A stretch of 64,000 nt of DNA from Eledone cirrhosa (GCA_964016885.1 OZ024758.1:12958001-13022000); one strand, 5' to 3'. Shown: positions 42,837-53,703, numbered from the stretch's first letter. Notes: generated by a model from the letters alone, not told the origin. Translations and numbers: made by a program.

Positions 42837-43129
42837 AGATAGATAGATATATAGATAGATAGATATATTTCTTTTATTTGCCACTAGGGCATCAAAAGTG
42901 GGACAAGTACAAAGGGGGGAGTTTACACAAAAAGGCGTCCTCAATAAGGAGGAGGCAATAACAAAATATAAAAATAAAATAAGATATAACAAAAAATAAC
43001 ATTTTTAACAAAATCCTCAATAGAGAGGAGGCGCCTTGGGGGGTCGCACACACCCCCGAAAAAAGTGTGCAACCCTTCTCCTCAGGAGCACAGAGAAGGG
43101 GTGCTCCCTTGGTCTTTCATCTTCCTCAC

Positions 43130-46100
43130 CTATAGTCTGATGTAGAGTGAAGGCCCATTCACACGGGCCATTCTCGCCACTTTCACCCATCTTTCATAGA
43201 AACGGCTGGGGTGCAGCACCTCTCTCTCCATCCTGATCCTTCTTCCGAAATGATATCGGAAGAAACGGACCAGTTGTTGGCCAGAGAGAAAGGTGCCCGA
43301 CCTCAGTCCTTTCAGACGCGTCCACCATACAACCTCTTTCGCCATGGCTATTACGCACAGAAACACCGCCTCTGCTTCATCTTTGAAGGGGGGAGGCGGC
43401 TTGATCATTACAATAGACTCGGTGGTCAACCGGATCGGTCCCACCCTTGACAGCAGTTGTTCGACATAGCCCCACAGATCGGCTACGCCCGAGCAGTGTA
43501 CTAATGCGTGTGCAACGGTTTCCTCGTCGCACACGCATCTGGGACAGATCTTTTTGGCGGGGTCCCTACCCGGGCGCCCGTGTCTGTAGAGCCTTTCTCG
43601 AACGGGTAAAGCCCCTCGGTAGCACTGCCAGGCCAGGGACTTCTGGAAGTTGTCCATAGGTCCCGGGCTGAATGTCCTACCGAAAAGGCTGGCCAGTTCG
43701 TCCTCCTCCATGTCTAGGGCTTCTCCGAGGGCGTCGTCGCACCTGCTGCGTACCAGCCCTCTATAGAATGTTGCGGTGGAGTCTCCACTGATAACCGGAT
43801 CCGCTTGCCAGAGGGCGGTGAGCGCCTGGGCACACTCAGTGTGCCAGGCGCCCAGTTTTCTCGGTCTTTGCTTGACCCAGGATTGCAGCTCGGTGAGTGA
43901 GACGAGTCTGGGAAAGGTTCGTCTCACAAACGAGGCCCACACCGGTTGTCCGGTGAGGAATACGTAGAGGTGCCGTAGCCTTAATGCGTGTTTACGCATC
44001 ATTAGCCACGGCATCCCCAGCCCTCCTTTCGAAGGGTGTTGACAGCAGATGGATCTCCTCACCATAGGAGCCCGCCTCTTCCAAAGGAATTGGAAGAGCG
44101 CGCGCTCCATCTTGGTGAGGGTTTCCCTTGGGCAGGGCACTACGGTCAGGCGGTAGTAGATGACGGACGCTATGTAGGTGTTCGCCACCTCCGCCCGACC
44201 TTTCAGGGATAGTTTGCAACTGGCCCACTTCTGGGTCAGTGCAAACACCCTGTTCGTAACCTCCGCCCAGTTTTTCTCCACCTGGAGGTCCGGTCCGAAC
44301 CAGACCCCGAGCAACTTCACCGGGCCCTCCGTCCAGCGTCCGACGACGCTATCGGAGGGCATCGGTCTGCCCCTCCACGTGCCGAGTTGCAAACCGATCG
44401 ACTTGTCCCGGTTCAGCTTAGCCCCTGTGAACTTTTCGTACTCCTCCAGTAAGGTGCCGACCGCCTCGATTTCGGAGGCCGTCGACACCATTACTGTCAC
44501 GTCATCGGCGTAGGCCGACACCGCTTTCCGCAATCCCGGTTCCAAAGGGATGCCCTGCAACAACTCCAACTTCCGCAGTAGTGGCTCGAGAGTCAATACA
44601 TACAGAAGGGAGGAGAGAGGGCACCCTTGTCGGATGGACCGCGCGATTTTGAACGGCTCCGAGAGGTAGCCGTTCACCTTGACCCTAGAGCAGATGCGGC
44701 TGCTGTGCATAGCAGTGATCCAGCCCCTGAAAACGGCTCCGAAGCCTGCCGCCGCTAGCACCGCATCCAGGTAACCATGGTCGACCCTATCGAACGCCTT
44801 AGATTGATCCAAGTTGATCAGAGCCCCACCAAAGCCGGGTTCGTTCCCAACCCTCTCTATGATGTATCGCATGAGGTGGAGGTTGTCATGGATGGACCTG
44901 GACGGGATAGCGCATGTCTGCGCATCTCCCACCAGGTTGCCCACGACAAGCGCCAACCTCTTTGCTAGCACCTTGGCCAAAATCTGTAACTCTGTATTTA
45001 GCAGTGTTATGGGCCTGAAGTTACTTATTTCGTCCCCCTTGTTCTCGTCCTTCCTCACTAGCGTGACTACGCCCTTGGTCACAGTACAGGGAATTCTCCC
45101 GTTCTGTTGCCAGTTGCAGTAGACCGCCTCGAGGAGATCGGGGAACAAGTCCGGCATAGCTAGATATAATTCGTAAGGAAGACCATCGAGACCCGGGGAT
45201 TTGCGTTTGCCGCATTGGCTCAGCACGTCCTCTATCTCAGCGGCCGAAATCGGCTCCTCGCAGGACTTCGCCTCCCTGTCCGAGAGGCGCGGCAGGCCGT
45301 CGAGGTATGGACCGAAGTCCACGTTCCCAACCGGCTCCCCGCCCCTCCCGAACAGTCGGGCAAAGTGCCTTTGAAAGGCCTCACACATCTGCTTAGGCTC
45401 AAGAATCGCCCGTCCATCCAGGTCTCGCAAAGACCGGATGGTGGATTTAGTTCCACTGTTGGCCTCTGTCACGCGGGCCCAGCTAACAGCTTTGGTCCCC
45501 TCGTTCCCTAGAGCACGTATTTTACTTCGGACAACGCAGCCTTCGTGCTTCGCGTCGAAAAACTGGCTCAAAGCCGTTCTCGACGCTAGCACTCTGGCCA
45601 CGTCGCCGCTTCTAATTGCCTCTTCTACTCTATCTATTAGCTCCCTTTCCTTCCTATTCCTATCCGCAGCTAGAACCTTACTAAATTCTATCGAGACTAC
45701 TCTAATCTCTCTCTTTAGAGATACCCACCACCTGCTGTTGACGATCGCTCCAGTCAACCGTTCCTTAACTAACGTACTAATCCGATTCCTGTAGGCTCTA
45801 CTTGCCGGCAAGGACAAGTTGAGCTTCCAGTAACCGGGGCCCTGTCTATGAGTTCTGTCAAGGTTGACCATGCAGGTCACTAATTTGTGGTCTGAATAGC
45901 CAACAATGCGCATTTTTGGACAACTTAAAAAGTCCTTATCCTTAATTCTAACTAAGAACCTATCTAGGTACGACCTAGATGATCCGCTACGATTTGCCCA
46001 AGTCCAGGTTGGCGCAGTCGGAAAATCTAGTCGATATCTATCGGCCAGGTCAAATCGACCGATTAACCCTTTGAGGCTATTACACCCCTCTCTATCGGGG

Positions 46101-46567
46101 CAGGCCCCTACGTAGTCCCAGCGTGCATCTAGGATACCATTCCAGTCCCCCACCAATAGCAAGGAGCGGGACGTCCCTAGAAAAGTCTCCAGACGATGGA
46201 AGAAGTCCGGCCGCATTGACCCGAAAGGGCCGTAGGCGGCTACCAACCTAAACGCTCCGCCTTTACCACTGCCAAGGTCCAGAACCACTAGTCGACCCTC
46301 CGGGTCCAAATGTACCATCTGTGTTGCGAGACCCAGATGTTTTTGCAGCAGAACGACAACTCCACCCCCACCTCCAGGCTGACAGAGAGATGCGTGCATC
46401 TCAAAGTCATCAAAGGCGGGGGCCAGCTGTCGCACGCTGCTGATCCGGGCCTCGCAAATAACCATCACATCTATACGTTGTGACCTGAGGTCATTTAGAA
46501 GCATTGCTTGCTTCCAAGTTGAGCCCAGGCCACGCGCATTTAAACAGCCTACTCTTAGCATAGCCAT
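43130..46567 (-). CDS. ORF2p: apurinic-like endonuclease + reverse transcriptase + C-terminal CCHC (Tx1/L1 type), 1145 aa from the first ATG
   Basis: APE motifs GCLNARG, GDWN, YLDRFLV and SDH. RT motifs KSPGLDG, FRPITLLN, LDQSKAFDRVDH, IRQGCPLS and AYADD. C-terminal CPRC..EETVAHALVHC. No stops or frameshifts. The track's start at 46591 is a GTG, and the first ATG is at 46567. Confidence 0.95.
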   Translation of the reverse strand: MAMLRVGCLNARGLGSTWKQAMLLNDLRSQRIDVMVICEARISSVRQLAPAFDDFEMHASLCQPGGGGGVVVLLQKHLGLATQMVHLDPEGRLVVLDLGSGKGGAFRLVAAYGPFGSMRPDFFHRLETFLGTSRSLLLVGDWNGILDARWDYVGACPDREGCNSLKGLIGRFDLADRYRLDFPTAPTWTWANRSGSSRSYLDRFLVRIKDKDFLSCPKMRIVGYSDHKLVTCMVNLDRTHRQGPGYWKLNLSLPASRAYRNRISTLVKERLTGAIVNSRWWVSLKREIRVVSIEFSKVLAADRNRKERELIDRVEEAIRSGDVARVLASRTALSQFFDAKHEGCVVRSKIRALGNEGTKAVSWARVTEANSGTKSTIRSLRDLDGRAILEPKQMCEAFQRHFARLFGRGGEPVGNVDFGPYLDGLPRLSDREAKSCEEPISAAEIEDVLSQCGKRKSPGLDGLPYELYLAMPDLFPDLLEAVYCNWQQNGRIPCTVTKGVVTLVRKDENKGDEISNFRPITLLNTELQILAKVLAKRLALVVGNLVGDAQTCAIPSRSIHDNLHLMRYIIERVGNEPGFGGALINLDQSKAFDRVDHGYLDAVLAAAGFGAVFRGWITAMHSSRICSRVKVNGYLSEPFKIARSIRQGCPLSSLLYVLTLEPLLRKLELLQGIPLEPGLRKAVSAYADDVTVMVSTASEIEAVGTLLEEYEKFTGAKLNRDKSIGLQLGTWRGRPMPSDSVVGRWTEGPVKLLGVWFGPDLQVEKNWAEVTNRVFALTQKWASCKLSLKGRAEVANTYIASVIYYRLTVVPCPRETLTKMERALFQFLWKRRAPMVRRSICCQHPSKGGLGMPWLMMRKHALRLRHLYVFLTGQPVWASFVRRTFPRLVSLTELQSWVKQRPRKLGAWHTECAQALTALWQADPVISGDSTATFYRGLVRSRCDDALGEALDMEEDELASLFGRTFSPGPMDNFQKSLAWQCYRGALPVRERLYRHGRPGRDPAKKICPRCVCDEETVAHALVHCSGVADLWGYVEQLLSRVGPIRLTTESIVMIKPPPPFKDEAEAVFLCVIAMAKEVVWWTRLKGLRSGTFLSGQQLVRFFRYHFGRRIRMEREVLHPSRFYERWVKVARMARVNGPSLYIRL

Positions 46568-46591
46568 GTTGGTGGTGAAGAGAAAAGGCAC

Positions 46592-48373
46592 TTACCTCTC
46601 TGCGTCCCGGGTATCGGGCTGCACAATTTCCATTAGGGTGGGGGATGGGTTGTTGGGTGGGGTGGTGGTTTGTGGAAGTGTGGGGGCATCAGTGTGTTGT
46701 GTGGTTGGGGAGCTTGGAGTTGTGAGGGTGTTTGGGGAGGGGGTGGGATAGTTTTTTAGGAGGACTCGGTTAATGGGCCCGACGCAGGGGGGACCCACGT
46801 CCTCTTTAAAATTGTTTTTTAAAGTTTTATAGGTGTCCTGTGGGGCCTTAATCATTTTGAGGTGGGGGAAATCCCCTGCCTGGGTGAAGTTAGGCCCTTG
46901 TGTTTTTATTAGATTGTTGTTGTACACAATGTTTAACAGTTTTTTGTTTCTTGTATTTATGTATGTGTATGCATGTTTTTGTTTTTGTGTGGTGTTTTTT
47001 GTTTGCTGTTGTGAGCTCTTTTGTGTTGGTGTCAGTGTTATGTTTTGGGGAGGGGTTTTTTTCATTTGTGTGTCTGAGGTGTGTTTTCTTTTTTTTCTTT
47101 TGATTGTGTGGAAGTGCTCCTCCTCGTCTGACGACGAACTAGGGTCATCTTCTGCGTTGGAGGGGAGGGGTATATTTTCGGGTTGTGTTTGCGGTACGGG
47201 TGTTTTGGAAATTGTTTTTGTTTTTTGAGTGGAGGGGATGGGTTGGACATTGTTTTGTTTTGGTTTGAGCTGTGGTGGTTGTTTTTGTAGTGGTTGTTGT
47301 GGTGATTGTGTTGGTTGTGCAGTTGTTGGTGGTGTAGGCAGGATTGGGGTTTTCTTATTAAGTTGGGGACAGACAGCCCTCAGGTGACCTCTGGTTCCGC
47401 AGAGGTAACACGAGGGCCGTCTACCCTCAACGGTAATGTTGATGAAGGTTAGATCATCCAGTATGACGCGTTCAGGGATCTGGGCGATCCTTTCGGGCCT
47501 CATTTGAACTACAAGTTCGAGGCTCGTTCCACTGAACGCGTCACCCGATGCCTTTCCCATGGACACCAGCATGTCATCCTCCAGGTCCAGAAAACCTGTC
47601 AAAACCCACCATATGTCCATAATCGGCAGGATGGTGTGGATTTTTATTTTTTGTGTTCTTCTACCCATGTACGTAGGGTAGAAGGTGTATGCGGTGGATG
47701 TGATTGGTTTGATGGACAGTTTCACTGCTGTGTCCCTGTCCTTCATGAGAATGGATAGACTCCCGTAGAGTCTATCCTTCTGAATGAAGGTGATGTCCTT
47801 CATGACGTCTTTTAAAACCAGCTCTATCTCGCTCTGTGATGGTTGAGCTGGTTTTTTACTTTTGTTCGAGATTGTCCTAAACATGACCGTGTTTAGGAGT
47901 CTCTGGCTTTTTAGTTCCGGGGGGGAATGGATTGTGAATGAACCATTTTCCCCGTACACTATATATTTTTTCGCATCCGCCAGTAGCTCCTTCGCTTTTG
48001 TTATATCTACTGGCAGATAGTCGAGGGTTTTCCTTGTCGTCTCGGCGAAGGAGAAATTTTGTTTGTTTGTGTTGTTGTTGTCGTTGGTGGTGTTGTTGTT
48101 ATCATTGTTGTTGTTGTCACCGTTATTGGTCTTGTTGTTGTTATTGTTATTGTTATTGGTGTTGTTTTCTACCGTCGCATTGTTGTTGTTGTTGCTGTTG
48201 GTTCTTTGGGTTGTTGCCATGGTAACGTCAAGTTGTCGGTTAACAGGTGGAGAGAATTCTTCCTCTGGCTGACCTATCTTCTTGACCTCTGCTACTGTGA
48301 CAGTGGCAGGGGGAAGCTGTAAGTTCATCTTCCCCTTTCCTCCTTCGAATTTTTGTGAAGAAGCTTCGGCCAT
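46592..48373 (-). CDS. ORF1p: gag-like nucleic-acid-binding protein (593 aa)
   Basis: Zinc knuckle CYLCGTRGHLRAVC (CX2CX4HX4C) after VEGRRP, Asn-rich N-terminal tract, Pro/Gln/Thr-rich region and basic KRKKRK. Lies directly upstream of ORF2. Confidence 0.9.
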   Translation of the reverse strand: MAEASSQKFEGGKGKMNLQLPPATVTVAEVKKIGQPEEEFSPPVNRQLDVTMATTQRTNSNNNNNATVENNTNNNNNNNNKTNNGDNNNNDNNNTTNDNNNTNKQNFSFAETTRKTLDYLPVDITKAKELLADAKKYIVYGENGSFTIHSPPELKSQRLLNTVMFRTISNKSKKPAQPSQSEIELVLKDVMKDITFIQKDRLYGSLSILMKDRDTAVKLSIKPITSTAYTFYPTYMGRRTQKIKIHTILPIMDIWWVLTGFLDLEDDMLVSMGKASGDAFSGTSLELVVQMRPERIAQIPERVILDDLTFINITVEGRRPSCYLCGTRGHLRAVCPQLNKKTPILPTPPTTAQPTQSPQQPLQKQPPQLKPKQNNVQPIPSTQKTKTISKTPVPQTQPENIPLPSNAEDDPSSSSDEEEHFHTIKRKKRKHTSDTQMKKTPPQNITLTPTQKSSQQQTKNTTQKQKHAYTYINTRNKKLLNIVYNNNLIKTQGPNFTQAGDFPHLKMIKAPQDTYKTLKNNFKEDVGPPCVGPINRVLLKNYPTPSPNTLTTPSSPTTQHTDAPTLPQTTTPPNNPSPTLMEIVQPDTRDAER

Positions 48374-48612
48374 TTAAAAAAATATTGACTTTTCAACAAG
48401 AAAAAACTTTTTTTTTAACTATTTCGCCTAAAGGCGTAGAATATTTTGAGAGACTGACCAGATCAAAGTTTGACCTGGCAGTCCCTCTACAAAATGGTAC
48501 AAAATTTAAAGTTATCAGACAAGAATTTCTATAGAAATTTAAACAGAACTTACTCAGCAAGTTATACGCGTGTGTCCATCATAGATAGATAGATAGATAG
48601 ACAGACAGACGA

Positions 48613-48651
<39 letters not shown>

Positions 48652-48949
48652 AACAGACAGACAGACAGACAGATAGATATACACGCCAGCTATAGTTCTT
48701 ACTCTTTCTCTATGTTCTTGACACTGGTTAAAGTGTAATTTCGACAATGAAATTATCCGTCGTCAGATATGAGGTTAATGTCACCAGATCAATGTTACAG
48801 CGTCTTCTTCAATTTGCAGACGACACTTTTCAAGGGAAAACAATTGTCTTTTGCTGTTTTATATATTAAATCATCTTATTCACTACACACAATTTCCTTC
48901 GATTCTTTCTCTCATCCTCAAATTATTTTCTCTCGTTCTTCAACATATT

Positions 48950-48980
48950 TCTCTTCTTTCTTTCTCTCTCTTCCTCTCCT

Positions 48981-49012
<32 letters not shown>

Positions 49013-49102
49013 CTTTCTCCCTCCTTCTTTCTCTCTATCCCTCTCTCTCTCCCTCTCCTTTTTCTCTCTCTTTTCCTATTTTTCTTTCCCTCTCTCTGTC
49101 TC

Positions 49103-49144
<42 letters not shown>

Positions 49145-49218
49145 TCTTTCTCTTCCCCTCTCTCTCTCTCTCTTTCTCTCTCTCCTTTCTCTCTCTTTAT
49201 CTTCCTCTTTCTCTTCCC

Positions 49219-49249
<31 letters not shown>

Positions 49250-49530
49250 CTTTCTCTCTCTTTCTCTTCCGCTCTCTCTCCCCTCTCTCTCTCTCTCTCT
49301 CTCTCTCTCCTTTCTCTCTCTTTCTCTATCTCCCTCTCCCTTTCTTTCTCTCTCTCCTTTCTCCCTCTTTCTCCCCCCTCTCCCTCTCTTTCTCTCTCTC
49401 TCTTTTCTCTCCCAGCCTTTCTCTCTCTGCCTCTCCCTCACCCACTCTCTCTCACCCCTCTCTATCTATCCCCCACTCCCCTCTCCCCTACCCCCTCGCC
49501 CCTCCCCTCTCTATCCTCTCCTCTCTCCTG
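48950..49530. repeat. CT-rich polypyrimidine low-complexity tract
   Basis: Degenerate (CT)n. Confidence 0.9.
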
Positions 49531-50199
49531 CCTTATCAAGAGAAAGAAGCAGTCTTATTAGCACTGTTTCTTATCTCCACCATCAATATCAATATCACAA
49601 CCCATCACCGTCAGAATCACTATCACTTTCATTATCATTATCATCGTCTGCAACATCGTCTGCTTTTCTCCAAGGTTTTCCTATCGCAAAATCAAGTTCA
49701 TCCATTTTTACTCAACTGAAATTTGATAGTTTTATTATTTTTTTAGGGTGTGGGGTGTGGAGGTGTTCGAAAGAAATATAAATCTTTATCCAAAGACATG
49801 ATGACTCATGGGAATGTTGCTTATCTCGTCTTCTTGTCCTGCTAAGAGTTTTCAAGACAAATGTCCCTTTGAATAAGATTTCTGTAACTGTTCTGTTCAG
49901 TAGGAACTAATTCCGGAAGGGACTAATCACTGACACCGTCAATTCATGAGACATTGTGTTCCTGAATAATTATAATTATTTCACTTTACCATCACCGAAA
50001 TATTGGCCACGAACGAAGACTCTCTTTTATCGTTCGATCTGTTCAATGTAGCAGCCGAACTTTATTTAATATTTCTGCTACTCTCTTTAAAGTGAAAACC
50101 AAATCGTTTATGTCCAGTCATGCGGTATGGCTTTAAGAGAAAGAAGTTAACTATGAGTAGTTACTTCAATAACACGCTTCGTTGATCATCTGTGAGATA

Positions 50200-50670
50200 C
50201 ATGTTAATCAGCTCCTGTATTGGTGGAACTTTCCATTGTAAGAGGCGAAGAGGAACATGTCCCAAGATGAACTGGCGACAGCGACAGATAATCAACAGAG
50301 AGCTGAAACCCATCAACAAAAGTTGGAACGATGTATTGATAGTTGGAACTGACTGTGGTCATTGGAATACTTTGGCTGCTTCATGTGTCTCAAGATGTGG
50401 GATGTTTTGATAGATGTAACAGACCGTGGTCCTTGCAGCACTTTGGCTGCCTCATGTGTCTCAAGATGTGGGATGTTTTGATAAATGTAACTGGCCGTGG
50501 TCCTTGGAGCACTTTGGCTGCCTCATGTGTCTCAAGTTATGGGATGTATTGATAGATACAAAATGACTGTAGTTATTGGAGCACTTTGGCTGCCTCGTCT
50601 AACAAATGAGGCGGGTGTATTGATAGCTAATATTGACCGTGGTCATTTGGAGCACTTTGGTTGCCTGTGT
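50200..50670 (+). mobile_element. Degenerate RTE-type LINE 3' end whose last 71 bp are tandemly amplified (~4.7 copies)
   Basis: KRRRGTCPKMNWRQ..INRELKPINKSWNDV...DCGHWNTLAASC. Unit starts at 50330, 50401, 50472, 50543 and 50614. Confidence 0.65.
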
Positions 50671-51614
50671 AATATTAGTCCTGCACTGGGTTTTATAAGG
50701 CACTGACACGAAGCTCATACATTTGCTGTCCTTGTGTCAGCTGAAATATTATATATTGATTCACTTTATGTTAATGTTGTGTATCATCTCTCCCACTTTC
50801 AAACTGTACAAGTCTGATGAAGCATGATTCTCTTTACCAATCCGAATCCTGTTTTATTGAGATTGAATGTCAGGAATTAAGGAGGTCGTATTTTGCCATC
50901 ACTAAGAACGGTAACTACTTTGAAGAATTATATTATCGATATTTTGCATTCACTGCAAAGACATTCAAGTTCAATAAATACTTTTAGGATTAGATATAGG
51001 AAAGGTAAATGTAGCTCTTGTATGTATCAATAATCTATAATTGATCGAATTAGTAAATATTGTTCAGTTCTTACACTACGGTTTCCTGTTTGGTGTATTG
51101 TTCCCAAGTGCATGAATGAGTACAAATGTTATACCTTAAGACAATCACAGAATAAACTGCCCAAAGTGTAATATTGATAGAAATACAAACGATACAATCC
51201 CAAACAAAGAAGAATTTCTCTGATAAAAGACAAATTCTCTGATAAATCCAAACAATTTGAAATAAAGCACTTGCTGGCATGTTCCTGATATATAGTGACA
51301 AATTGGAAACATTTCACACGAGAATAAAACAGAATAAATATATGTTATATCAAAACATTCAGTATGCTTTCATATTATATAACAGTTGATATACACTAGA
51401 AATCCAGCCATTACGAACGCTGTTAATAGGTTCATTGTATTATATGTTGTTGTTAATATGTATATTAAACTGAACAATAAGAGCTGACGAACACAAAAAG
51501 AGACCTCAGTGTCGAGAGAGGGGGATGCTGTTATATAAACCAACTGCAATCCAACAACTAACAATCTAACAATCAAGCAATCTTAAAAGAAAGTGAGGAT
51601 TATATACAGGGAAT

Positions 51615-51705
51615 TAGATTCGCAATCGTGAGTTTAGGAGTTCAATTCCCGGACCGGGCGATGCGTTATGTCCTTGAGCAAGACACTATATTTCATGTTG
51701 CTCCT
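51615..51705 (+). mobile_element. CORE-SINE-like fragment
   Basis: B-box ggagttcaattccc followed by tgtccttgagcaagacact..atttcatgttgctcc, resembling the CORE domain. Confidence 0.55.
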
Positions 51706-52026
51706 TCTGCCGGGAGTTGCAACCTTTTATGGTCTGTATAGAATATCAAACCGGAGTACAATAACTCCTTTTAATGGAAGTGTCTAGCCTATTGCTATAT
51801 TATATAATATTTAATAACCGCTATATATGCTTAATTTAATTTAATATAATATAGAATACTTAATTTACTAACCATTATATGTTATACTTAGTAATATTTA
51901 ACCATTCATGTATTTATTCATTTATTGAGCGTCTCTCGAAAGTTACATTTCATATATGAATCTAATTTAGTTGTTTTTAATGGAACGAAATAAAGGTTTA
52001 TCAAAAGAAAAAAAAAATAATAATAA

Positions 52027-52200
52027 TGGCTTCTGATTTAGGCAGAAAGCCAACAATTTTGGGGAGAGGAAAGTCGATTAAATCGACCCCCAGTGTATTA
52101 CTGGTACTTTATTTTATCAATTCCGTAAGGATGAAAAGCAAAGCTAACCTCGGCAGGATTTGAACTTAGAACATAAAGGGGTATAACTTTATGCCGCAAT
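52027..52200 (-). mobile_element. tRNA-derived SINE (diverged)
   Basis: ctggtactttattttatcaattccgtaaggatgaaaagcaaagctaacctcggcaggatttgaact is the reverse complement of the 8536 family core. Confidence 0.8.
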
Positions 52201-52437
52201 ATTAATAATTTCTTTTAATGACGATGATGATGATAAGCTGGGGGAGGAGAAGGAGGAGTAGGAGGAGAATGATGATGATGAAACTGAGAATCAAAATGGC
52301 GGTCGTTAGCCAATAGACTATTGTTGTCAAATGAATAAATAATGATACAATTCTTTATGTACGTCTTAATTAGTTTGTTTGTGTTGTCACTTCAACTCAC
52401 TTCTCTCCACCATATCTCTCCCTCTCTCTCTCACTAC

Positions 52438-52475
<38 letters not shown>

Positions 52476-52646
52476 ACCCCTCTCACCCTCACTACCTCTC
52501 TCTTCTTCTATATCTCTTCCTCTTTCTCGGATATTCTGACACACACACTGTCATGTTTTCACTATATCACACACAAGCATACATACATACATACATACAT
52601 ATATACATACATACAATATACATATCTCTCTCTCTATATATATATT

Positions 52647-52737
<91 letters not shown>

Positions 52738-52997
52738 TATGTATGCATGTATATGTGTATGCATTTCTTTTTCTTTCGGTTGCCATCAGCGCCATCATCT
52801 TTTCGATGCAAGCCTCGAAGAAGACGAGATAAGACGAGATAAGGTGAGATTTATTTCGAATGACCGTCCAAGTTGAATATGCTAAGGCGACTATCTTCAT
52901 CTCGCATCGTATTTAGAAACGAGGTTTCAAGTCAAAGTGTTTGAAGAAAAATGATTTTATCCTTAACTACCGCTTTACCATTCCTCCTTCTCCCAAT

Positions 52998-53104
<107 letters not shown>

Positions 53105-53410
53105 TATTATTCTTTCTCTTTCACTCTATTTATCTTCACTTAGTCTTTCTCTTTTACCAACACGTGCTGTTAAACTCTGACCTCTGACCCTTTTTTGACG
53201 TCGTATCGGCAACTTCGACAGCGGATGATAAAACTGGAAAGTAATAGCAAAAACACAGTCATACGCTCTTGTGCAAACTCTCTACACATACATACATATA
53301 CACATATGCATACACATGCAAGTACAGCACACAGACATACAGACAAACAATATTTAGATATATATATATATAATATATATTAAAAAAATATATATATATA
53401 CATATGTATG

Positions 53411-53453
<43 letters not shown>

Positions 53454-53703
53454 CAGGCACATGTGAACGTATAAGTTTTTAAAATTAAAATGTGAGGAGT
53501 GAAACCTTTGGAGTAATCAAACACAACTGCATATAAATTAAAATTTATATAAATTCTTTGAATTAGTGTGTTGGGTGTATATGGGGGTGTTGGATGTGTG
53601 TGTGTATGTGTGTGTCTCTGTGTAATTTAAGATGTGTGAATAAATAATATGTATGCATACATGTGTATAAATATATTGAATCGCGCACACACCCGCACAC
53701 ATC

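Larger units (their letters stand above)
42868..48580 (-). mobile_element. Full-length, intact Tx1-like (L1 group) non-LTR retrotransposon flanked by (GATA)n
   Basis: ~205-bp 5' UTR, ORF1, ORF2 and ~260-bp 3' UTR ending AATAAAAGAAA directly into (TATC)n. (GATA)n then (GACA)n lie at 48581-48680. Confidence 0.95.

Noticed and set aside
43211-48322. Short ORFs antisense to or overlapping the Tx1 ORFs
   Set aside because: Shadow frames of GC-rich coding sequence with no recognisable motifs.
42868-48600. Target-site duplication for the full-length element
   Set aside because: It cannot be defined because both flanks are the same microsatellite.
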